DNA of 64,000 nucleotides from an uncultured Halobacteriales archaeon (GTDB lineage: Archaea; Halobacteriota; Halobacteria; Halobacteriales; PXRE01), in contig CAYTAG010000001.1 in the NCBI GenBank assembly GCA_964435625.1, forward strand, positions 7,190-71,189, given 5' to 3'. Positions 25,726 through 32,919 of this stretch are shown one piece after another. The notes under the pieces were generated by a model that searched no databases, was not told the DNA's origin, and saw only the letters and a list, made by a program, of their open reading frames with translations. Both the position numbers and the translations under genes were made by a program. Position 1 is the stretch's first letter. Each line of letters opens with the position of its first letter.

Positions 25726-26772
25726 ATGTCTCGCGCATCTTCCAGGACGGCTAGCCGCCCAGCTCACTGCGCCGACTACGTGGCGTTCACCGGCCGGGCG
25801 CCGTTCGCGCTCGACGCCTACCAGCTGGGCTTCGCGCCCGGCATCCGCGAGGACTACCGCCTCCGACAGCACCGCTACCCCACGCTCGACCTCCCGGTCT
25901 ACATGCTCGACAACGACTTTCGGGACCCCGACCCCGAGCGGTTCGCCGCCCGCGCCCGCGAGGTCAACCCTCGGGTGGCGGTCGTGGGCGACGCCGTCGA
26001 CGCCGCGGCCATGCGGGACCTCGTGGCGCTGGCCCGCGACCTCCAGCGCGAGGACGTCGTCGACGACCCGGTGGTGGTCCCGAAGTCCGTCGACGCGCTC
26101 GACGTCGTCCCCACGGACATGATCGTCGGCTACCCCGTGGGCTACTCCGACCGGACGGCGCCGGACTACTCCCGGCCCGGCGACTGGGCCGGCCGGCGCG
26201 TTCACGTGCTGGGCGGGACGCCGCCGACGGCCTGGCGGGCGATCCAGGACCTCACGGGGGCGCCGAAGCCGGGCGAGTCCCTGGCGGCGTTCGGCGCCGG
26301 CCACGGCGGCCACGACGTCGACGTCGTGGGCCTGGACTACAACGGCATCTTCGGGGTCGCCCAGAAGGGGGAGTTTTGGCACCGCGAGCGGCCCCACTGG
26401 CGGCGTGCGGACGATCTCTCGCTGCGGGGGACCGTCCGGCGGGGCCTCCAACAGATCCGCGCCTACTGGCGCGAGCGCGGTGTCTGGCCGGCCGAGCGTC
26501 CAGTGGGGCCGGTCGACGCGGTCCTCGACGACCCGACGCCCGCGGACGTCGACGTCCGGGTCTGCCCGCGCTGCGGGCGGCGGCCCGACCTCGAGGCCGC
26601 TGATACGGAGGTGGTCGCCTACGACGATGGCCAGGTACGGGCGTTCTGCGGAAACCGGTGCCGGCAGTGGGCAGAACTCCACGACGGCCTGGTGCCGCTC
26701 GATCCCGTTGCGGCGTCCGCCGCGCTGCATGAGTCCGACCGTCGACGAGAAAAGTGGGTTGGCCCAGCGTAG
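25726..26772 (+). CDS. uncharacterised alpha/beta (TIM-barrel-like) protein with C-terminal zinc ribbon; possible TGT/DpdA-superfamily member
   Basis: 348 aa. Ordered strings YMLDNDF, VVVPK, IVGYPVGYS, RVHVLGGTPP and GLDYNGIF, then CPRCG...CGNRC. The coding call is good; the family assignment is speculative. Confidence 0.4.
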   Translation: MSRASSRTASRPAHCADYVAFTGRAPFALDAYQLGFAPGIREDYRLRQHRYPTLDLPVYMLDNDFRDPDPERFAARAREVNPRVAVVGDAVDAAAMRDLVALARDLQREDVVDDPVVVPKSVDALDVVPTDMIVGYPVGYSDRTAPDYSRPGDWAGRRVHVLGGTPPTAWRAIQDLTGAPKPGESLAAFGAGHGGHDVDVVGLDYNGIFGVAQKGEFWHRERPHWRRADDLSLRGTVRRGLQQIRAYWRERGVWPAERPVGPVDAVLDDPTPADVDVRVCPRCGRRPDLEAADTEVVAYDDGQVRAFCGNRCRQWAELHDGLVPLDPVAASAALHESDRRREKWVGPA

Positions 26773-26895
26773 ACCGGAGCAGCCCCGGGATAAGCGAAGG
26801 TCAAGTTGTAACGCGCTCGGCTACCGTTATTAGAAATATATCTGAGAGGCTCATTTAGGCTCAGTATCCGTCTGAGGAGGATTGCGTTCGCCGTT

Positions 26896-27459
26896 TTAGT
26901 ACTCGTTGCCCCATCGGGCGTCGGCGGCCAGTACCCCAACAAAAAGCTCCAAAAAGATGAGTACTAGACCAAAGCTAGAGTCAGGCATCATAAGTATCAG
27001 CGCTACCGGCACCGCGATCAGAATGGGAATAGCAAGCAACATGAGCTTAAGGCGTCCCGTCATCTCATAGGATATCCAGCTGAATACGAATTGACGTGTG
27101 CTGTATGGCTCTTTAATCTCCCATTCACCGTCGTCGGGATATACCAACAGTTCATCGCCGATCAGATGTTGGATGTTCCCCGGCTCGTAGCCGTAGGATT
27201 CGGCCAGCCGCGCGAAGAAAAACGACGCATTCCAGGGCATGGGTTTATCGAATGTATAGGATTCTTCTTCGCCGTTTGGTAGTTTGGCTTCGAGCATAAT
27301 CTCGTCGCTATCGTGCTCTTCCACCTGCGTAATTTCCGCCTTGACGTACTTATCCTGAACCGTTTTAGAGTGTAGTTCCAACAACTCCTCGGACAGTTCC
27401 TCGGCAGCATCCGACGTATCGATTGTTTGTTCAAGATCGGTCATTGTCATGTTCTCCAT
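26896..27459 (-). CDS. acidic protein with C-terminal TM helices (low-GC gene)
   Basis: 187 aa. Glu-rich N-terminal half, two C-terminal TM helices, AT-richer codons. Confidence 0.55.
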   Translation of the reverse strand: MENMTMTDLEQTIDTSDAAEELSEELLELHSKTVQDKYVKAEITQVEEHDSDEIMLEAKLPNGEEESYTFDKPMPWNASFFFARLAESYGYEPGNIQHLIGDELLVYPDDGEWEIKEPYSTRQFVFSWISYEMTGRLKLMLLAIPILIAVPVALILMMPDSSFGLVLIFLELFVGVLAADARWGNEY

Positions 27460-27643
27460 TGATATGCAGCATCAACGTCTCGCGGTCAACTATTTCCCAT
27501 TCGATGCGTGACCCGTCAAGCCCCAGCGACTCTGCCAGTCCCTTTGGAACGGTAGTCGTGTACTGCGCTTCGATGCCATCATCACGCTCACGCTCGGTCT
27601 TGGTTATGGTGGTCTGAGGCATATTATATGTGATATCACCCAT
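27431..27643 (-). CDS. AbrB/SpoVT/MazE-type DNA-binding protein
   Basis: TTTVPKGLAESLGLDGSRIEWEIVDRETLMLHI. Internal Met of track ORF 27431..27853. Confidence 0.6.
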   Translation of the reverse strand: MGDITYNMPQTTITKTERERDDGIEAQYTTTVPKGLAESLGLDGSRIEWEIVDRETLMLHINGEHDNDRS

Positions 27644-27855
27644 AGAAGCACTAATAGGTTTCCGTGCATCGGGGGCCTCTACGACCGAGACGCCGCGCGG
27701 GCGGACCACGTGGGGCTGGCGTGATCGGCGCCGGCGGCGCGGGCGAGCAACGCGCCCGAGGGCCGTGGGCGGCAGCGACCGGACCGACGCCAGCGCCGGC
27801 GTCGACGCCACTGCCGAGCGAAACACCGTTATGGCCGGCGACCGAACGCCCACGC

Positions 27856-28182
27856 ATGACCACGGCCGCTGCGTCGAACGGCCTCTCGGTCGACGAGCGG
27901 GTCGACCGCCTGGAGGACCTCGCAGAAGAGCGCTGGGGCGACCGCTGGACGATCTCCGTCGAGCGGTACGCGGACGGGGACGTCTCGACGCTGGCCTACT
28001 GCAGTCACGGGACTGTGGATCGCGAGGACGTCGACGGCCCGGTCGTCGAAGTGGAACGCCTGCAGATCGACGCGGACGGCCGCGTGGGCTACGACCACGT
28101 TCACAAGCGGCGCGACGCGGTTGTGGCCGTCCTTGAGCGGGAGACGCTCGACGGCGGCGGCGACGAGGCCACCGACGCGTAG
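27856..28182 (+). CDS. hypothetical acidic protein
   Basis: Internal Met (MTTAAASNG) of track ORF 27664..28182. Confidence 0.5.
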   Translation: MTTAAASNGLSVDERVDRLEDLAEERWGDRWTISVERYADGDVSTLAYCSHGTVDREDVDGPVVEVERLQIDADGRVGYDHVHKRRDAVVAVLERETLDGGGDEATDA

Positions 28183-28270
28183 CGCCCGGTCGCTTCGGGT
28201 CGCTTCTCCTAGGCAGTGCCGACGCGCACCCGGCGCGGACGTCACCAAAAAATTGGTGTTTCCACGCCGC

Positions 28271-28435
28271 TTACTTTTGTGTGACCTCTCTGTGACAGTC
28301 CTCACAGAGTTGGTCGTACGTTTCGACCGTTCCGTCCGGCTGTTCCTCGCGGAAGTTGCCGGCGCGGAACCGCATGTCGTCGAGCGGCCCGTACCGTTTC
28401 TGGCACCGGTCGCAGGTCGTTTCGGTTGTCGGCAT
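28271..28435 (-). CDS. small zinc-ribbon protein (54 aa)
   Basis: My own translation: MPTTETTCDRCQKRYGPLDDMRFRAGNFREEQPDGTVETYDQLCEDCHREVTQK. GGAGGTGAG lies 5 nt upstream. Confidence 0.45.
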   Translation of the reverse strand: MPTTETTCDRCQKRYGPLDDMRFRAGNFREEQPDGTVETYDQLCEDCHREVTQK

Positions 28436-28504
28436 GTTTTTCTCACCTCCTAAGGCGTTCCACCCGTCCGGGCTTCCCGCCTCAATTAGTAGTAATACCC
28501 TCTC

Positions 28505-28545
28505 CTACTTAATACCTTCGGATCAATCCGAAAGTACTGTCTGGT
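28505..28545 (-). promoter_or_regulatory. operator/promoter copy 1 (TTCGGA-N4-TCCGAA plus TTAAGT box)
   Basis: Minus strand reads TTCGGATTGATCCGAAGGTATTAAGTAGGAG. Confidence 0.6.
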
Positions 28546-28730
28546 AAAAGCGAAGGGGTTTGAAACGGGCGACGTCCACCGCCGACGGGCGCCCGTCCCT
28601 GCAGGGGCCGCCGCGCCAGCGCTGGCGAGATCGAGGCCGTGCCGCGGGCGACAGCCACACCACGCCCGGCGCGCTGGCGGCCGTTGTGCTGCCGCTAGCG
28701 GCCGCGTGGGCCGCGGGTTGACACCGGGGC

Positions 28731-29075
28731 CTACACCCCAGGGTCGTCGTCCAGCGACCGGAGCGACGGCGGCAGCGCCGTCGGGTCCATCATCCAGGTG
28801 TAGTCCTGGATGCGCGTCGGGGTCGGTTCGAGCGTCACGAACCGGCCCGTTTCACCGGCCCACTTGACCGGTGCGTAATCCGTTTCGGCCATCGCGCCGA
28901 TCAGGAACCACACGCGGCCGGATTCGCCCTCGCGGGCGACGTTCTTCGCGAGCGTCGTCACGCGGGCGTACAGCGGTACGTCGTTGTCGACCGCGTCGAG
29001 ATGCCAAAGGCGGGCGACGATGCGCGCCTTGTACTCGTCGTCGGTGTAGTGTTCGTAGTCGTCGTCGGTGGACAT
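28731..29075 (-). CDS. hypothetical protein
   Basis: 114-aa acidic ORF. GGGAGGTGAG lies upstream. Confidence 0.55.
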   Translation of the reverse strand: MSTDDDYEHYTDDEYKARIVARLWHLDAVDNDVPLYARVTTLAKNVAREGESGRVWFLIGAMAETDYAPVKWAGETGRFVTLEPTPTRIQDYTWMMDPTALPPSLRSLDDDPGV

Positions 29076-29112
29076 TGGTTCTCACCTCCCACTTAGTCGT
29101 AACACGGCTACC

Positions 29113-29150
29113 CACTTAATATCTTCGGACTAATCCGAAGGTAGATTCTG
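29113..29150 (-). promoter_or_regulatory. operator/promoter copy 2
   Basis: Minus strand reads TTCGGATTAGTCCGAAGATATTAAGTGGGTA. Confidence 0.6.
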
Positions 29151-29187
29151 GTATATCCTGAGTGTGGTTCTGGTTGTGTGGTGAGTG

Positions 29188-29216
29188 CATTCGGATACTC
29201 CCGAAGGTGTTAAGTA
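29188..29216 (+). promoter_or_regulatory. operator/promoter copy 3
   Basis: TTCGGATACTCCCGAAGGTGTTAAGTAGGGC, about 25 nt upstream of ATG 29241. Confidence 0.55.
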
Positions 29217-29240
29217 GGGCCGGGAACAACTACTGCGTGT

Positions 29241-29672
29241 ATGCGAGAGCGCACCCCGCCGACGGACGAGGAATTGGAAGGTAGCGACCACCCGCCCGAC
29301 GTCGACGCTCCGGAGGACGTCGAGGTCCTCGACAGCCCGGGGGACATGATCGAGCAGGACCCGCTCGTGCAGCTGTTCGGGGACGGCGCCCAGGTGAAGG
29401 TCCTGGCCGTGCTGTTGAACGCGATTGATCCGCTCAACCCGTCGACGATCCAGGAGCGGGCGGACATCCACCACGACACCTGGTACCGGGTCCGCGACGA
29501 CCTCCTGGAGACGGGCCTCGTCGAGGAGGTCGGGAGCGTCGGCAACTCCCCGATCTACGCCGTCCCCGATGAGGTGGTGGACCTGCGCGTGCAGTGGCTC
29601 CAGCAGACCCGCGACTGGACGGCCGGGGTCATGTACCACAACATGAACCCGCCGACTGAAATGGAAAAATGA
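29241..29672 (+). CDS. winged-helix transcriptional regulator
   Basis: VKVLAVLLNAIDPLNPSTIQERADIHHDTWYRVRDDLLETGLVEEVGSVGNSPIYAV. Confidence 0.65.
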   Translation: MRERTPPTDEELEGSDHPPDVDAPEDVEVLDSPGDMIEQDPLVQLFGDGAQVKVLAVLLNAIDPLNPSTIQERADIHHDTWYRVRDDLLETGLVEEVGSVGNSPIYAVPDEVVDLRVQWLQQTRDWTAGVMYHNMNPPTEMEK

Positions 29673-29932
29673 CCTCCACGCGGTCGTTCGTCATCGCCAA
29701 CTTGACCGGGGTCGCGGCGGTTTACGTCGTCGCCATCGCCACCGGCCTGGCCGCCTACGGTGCCACTCGCCTGCTGTCGCTCGGACATCTCCCCTCGTTG
29801 GTCGTCTCCATGGCCGCGATCTGTGTCGGGGCAATCGCCGGGGCATACGGCGTCATCATGGCCAGCGTCCACGACCCGCCGGCCGACGACGACGTTGACG
29901 AGGCCGAAACCGAGGTCGCCCCCGACGAGTAG
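29669..29932 (+). CDS. membrane protein
   Basis: 87 aa, two to three TM helices, ATGA overlap. Confidence 0.5.
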   Translation: MTSTRSFVIANLTGVAAVYVVAIATGLAAYGATRLLSLGHLPSLVVSMAAICVGAIAGAYGVIMASVHDPPADDDVDEAETEVAPDE

Positions 29933-30190
29933 ATGATCCCCAGCAAGGTCGAGGCGGTTGTCCCGGACGCCCGCCGGCTTGCTGCCCACGGCCTCGCAGT
30001 CAGCCTGCTACTCGTTGGGGCCGTTGCCGCCCTGTTTCTGCTCATCCGTGGCAGTCGAATTTCGTACCAGGAGGGGCTGACACTGGCCTCCGAGGCGCTC
30101 CTGTTCGGTCACGCCATCGCGGCGATGGCCATCATCCTGATCGCCACGGTTCTCGGCCAGATCGTCCTGCAGGTCGCCGGCGTCGACTGA
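29933..30190 (+). CDS. membrane protein
   Basis: 85 aa, two TM helices. Start abuts the upstream stop. Confidence 0.5.
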   Translation: MIPSKVEAVVPDARRLAAHGLAVSLLLVGAVAALFLLIRGSRISYQEGLTLASEALLFGHAIAAMAIILIATVLGQIVLQVAGVD

Positions 30191-30352
30191 GCGCCGTCCC
30201 GGAGGTCGCCATTTCTGGACGAGTTAAGAAGCGCACGGCGCCGTAGCGGTGAGTCGGCAGAAATATCGACGGGGAGAACGTTGGTCCACCGCGGGCCATC
30301 TGGTCCGCGGGTCGGAGTCGCCCTCGTAGGCGACTTCGGGGCTGGTCCTGCG

Positions 30353-30904
30353 TTACTCGCGTTCGAGGCGCCGGTTGACGACCTGCTCAGCGACGTCCTC
30401 GGCGTGGTTCTGGATGACGACCTTTGTCGCGTCGGAGATCTCGTTGTCCGTCGCGTCGCGGATACCGCGGTCACGAAGCTCTGGCTCAACCTCGAAGTCG
30501 AAGAAGTCCTCAAGGTCGTCCCAGGTCCCCGGCAGCGCGTACCGGGTCGTCCCCCGTACCTCGTCGCTCGTGATCGCGCGGCCAGCGTCCGCCGCCCGCT
30601 CGTAGCGGTCGCGGTCGTCCGTCGCCTCGCCGGCCGGTTCATCCCGTGAGGCGGGGTCGGGACCGGGGTCGAGGTCGCGGTCCGGCCGCTCGGTCGTCTG
30701 GCCCGGTTGCGTCTCGGTCGACGTCCCTGCAGTGTCGTCGGGGTCGGCCGTCCGGGCCCCCGTTTCGTCCTCGGAGGTCTCGACCGGGTCAGCAGAGTCG
30801 GCGGGCGTATCCGCCGAGGCCTCTGCAGGCGGGCTCTGCCCGTTCTGGTCGTCGTCCTCGGTTCCGCCGTCGTCTCCTCCGAGGTTAAACGGGTCTTCAG
30901 ACAT
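30353..30904 (-). CDS. acidic disordered protein, candidate ParA partner / centromere-binding adaptor
   Basis: 183 aa. The long Asp/Glu/Thr/Pro-rich N-terminus looks disordered, and the C-terminal roughly 80 aa look structured. 8-nt overlap with the parA stop. Confidence 0.45.
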   Translation of the reverse strand: MSEDPFNLGGDDGGTEDDDQNGQSPPAEASADTPADSADPVETSEDETGARTADPDDTAGTSTETQPGQTTERPDRDLDPGPDPASRDEPAGEATDDRDRYERAADAGRAITSDEVRGTTRYALPGTWDDLEDFFDFEVEPELRDRGIRDATDNEISDATKVVIQNHAEDVAEQVVNRRLERE

Positions 30905-32006
30905 TTGCCACCTCGCTTTCGTCCTCGGTCACGGATTTGAACTGGTCCCCGCAGTCGGTGCATTTGCCGATCCGCAGCGGGTGGTCCTCGACGACAGCCC
31001 CGCAGTCCTTGCACCGCAGCTGCTCCGGTTGCCGGATCTCGTCGGTGATGCCGCCATGCTCGATGATGTCCGCCAGCTGGTCCAGCGGCCCGAGCAATTC
31101 GTTCTCAGGGTCGTGGTCGGACAGCGGTACCCTCGCATCGTACGCGTCGTCCAGGGCGACATTCTCCCGGAGTTGGGGGCGCAGATGCAGATCGCCGGAT
31201 TCGACACGGTCCCAGTCCTCCTCAGGGATCCTGGCGAACGGTGGCACGTGGGCGTCCGCGACGTCGGCGGCGGTCACCCCCTCGGGGAGCGTCCCGTTTT
31301 CGGGATCCGCGCCATCCAGCCCCGCCAGCAGAAGACTCGCGAAGTAGTCGCTGGTGTTCATCGCCTTCAGGAGGTTCTGGTCCTGGGTCTCGATGTCGAT
31401 CCGCTGGTTGAGCACTGTCGGCGTGGCCGCCAGGACGTTGACGTCGCGGCCGTAGTGGCGCAGGTGGCCGATGAGCTTCAGCATCACTCCCCGGAGTCCG
31501 GACACGGCCTGGGCGTTAGACTTCAGCGGCAAGATGACGTTCCCGGCCGCGACGGCCGCGTTCGTCACCAGTTCGGTGTTGGTCCCAGGCGTGTCGATCA
31601 GGATGAAATCGACCTCGTCGCCCAGCAGCGGATCAACGAGGTTGATCCGCATCCGTTCGTCGCTCGCTCCCCGCACCGAGTTTAACCGGGAGTTGACGGC
31701 CTCCAGGTTGTGTGCGGGGATGATGCCGAACCCGTGGCCCGTCTCGCGGATGATCGTCCGCGGATCCTCTTCGTCGACGAGGACGGTCCCCAGGTCTGGC
31801 CCATCGACCTTGCGGTCGAAGAACCCGAAACTCAGGGACAGGTGGCCGTCCGGGTCGGTGTCGATGAGCAGCACGCGGTGGCCGCGGTTGGCGAGGCGTT
31901 CGGCAAGTTCCCGCGCCAGCGGGGTCTTGCCGAACCCGCCTTTGAACATTCCGAGCATCACTGCTCGCGATTCACCTGGGTCGGAGTCGGTGTCGTAGGC
32001 TTGCAT
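30897..32006 (-). CDS. parA: ParA/Soj-family partition ATPase with C-terminal zinc ribbon
   Basis: Deviant Walker A FKGGFGKT. VLLIDTDP. Walker B FILIDTPG. C-terminal CKDCG...CTDCG. Confidence 0.85.
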   Translation of the reverse strand: MQAYDTDSDPGESRAVMLGMFKGGFGKTPLARELAERLANRGHRVLLIDTDPDGHLSLSFGFFDRKVDGPDLGTVLVDEEDPRTIIRETGHGFGIIPAHNLEAVNSRLNSVRGASDERMRINLVDPLLGDEVDFILIDTPGTNTELVTNAAVAAGNVILPLKSNAQAVSGLRGVMLKLIGHLRHYGRDVNVLAATPTVLNQRIDIETQDQNLLKAMNTSDYFASLLLAGLDGADPENGTLPEGVTAADVADAHVPPFARIPEEDWDRVESGDLHLRPQLRENVALDDAYDARVPLSDHDPENELLGPLDQLADIIEHGGITDEIRQPEQLRCKDCGAVVEDHPLRIGKCTDCGDQFKSVTEDESEVANV

Positions 32007-32019
32007 GGTCTCCTCCGAA

Positions 32020-32215
32020 GTAGTTCAATTGATCCAATTGGTTCAACTGGTTCGCTTGAACCAATTGGTGTAAGTGAACTACTCCATACGACCCAGTTAC
32101 TCCGAGTGGTTTGATAAAACCCTATGGTCTACCCCCGATTTGGTTTGAACCAATTAGTTCAATTGAACCGATTAACTGAATTGACTGATTCGCATGATTC
32201 AGGCCATTCAACTCA
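32020..32215. repeat. centromere-like (parS candidate) array of TTGAAC/GTTCAA and CAATTG palindromes
   Basis: CCAATTGGTTCAA-N9-TTGAACCAATTGG (32034-32068). GTTCAATTGAAC (about 32157-32168). Further GTTCAATTGATC and ATTCAACTCAAT copies. Confidence 0.6.
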
Positions 32216-32245
32216 ATCGGGTGGACTCGGCGGCCTCGAAGATTT

Positions 32246-32575
32246 ATGAGAACGCCAGGGAAGAAGGGACGTATGGCCGACGATACCTCGATCGTCGACT
32301 CGCTGCCGGATGGTCCCGTTCCCGAGTCGTTCCTGAACGACCTCGAAGTGCTCGACCGGGTCGAGACGGCGATCCCGATGATGGTCGGCGTCGGCAAGGG
32401 CGACGAAGAAGGTGAGGATCCCGTCCACTCGATTGCCCTGCAGATCGACGACGCCCACGCGCTCGTCCACGATCCCGACATCGAAGGGTGGCGCGACCTC
32501 GGGCCGACCGACTCTATCGACGAGGCGACGTTCCTGATCCAGCGGTTCCAGGAGGAGCAGTTCAACCTGCACTAA
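32246..32575 (+). CDS. hypothetical acidic protein
   Basis: 109-aa ORF. An alternative start (MADDTS) is at 32273. Confidence 0.45.
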   Translation: MRTPGKKGRMADDTSIVDSLPDGPVPESFLNDLEVLDRVETAIPMMVGVGKGDEEGEDPVHSIALQIDDAHALVHDPDIEGWRDLGPTDSIDEATFLIQRFQEEQFNLH

Positions 32576-32834
32576 TTCTGCGGATGGTGTCGACGATCCG
32601 GATCAACCCGGCGGCCACGACGTAGATCGCCGCGTAGAGCGCCAGGAGTTCGAGCGCGGGGACCAGGAAGGCGACGTTCCCGCCCAGCGCCAGCAGGACC
32701 CAGGCCACGCGGTAGAGCCGGCTGGGCGCTGGCGCGTCGTCGTGAACGCCCCGGACCCGGCGCCAGGGGTCGAGGACGAGCGTGATCCACAACCATGCGA
32801 GGACAGACCTCGGGTCTTTCTTGTCTGGACCCAT
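32562..32834 (-). CDS. membrane protein
   Basis: 90 aa, three hydrophobic helices. Confidence 0.45.
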   Translation of the reverse strand: MGPDKKDPRSVLAWLWITLVLDPWRRVRGVHDDAPAPSRLYRVAWVLLALGGNVAFLVPALELLALYAAIYVVAAGLIRIVDTIRRISAG

Positions 32835-32919
32835 ACGGGATCCCGACGGCGGACGGAGCCTTTAAACCCCGGACGTCGCAGCGGTCCTGATCGAGCGGAG
32901 ACCACGTTTCCGGTGGACA

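Noticed and set aside
27644-27855. GC-rich 210-bp spacer, and the similar 28560-28730 spacer, as possible RNA genes
   Set aside because: I could identify no conserved structure, repeat or promoter/terminator signature by eye. Transcript data or a covariance search would be needed.
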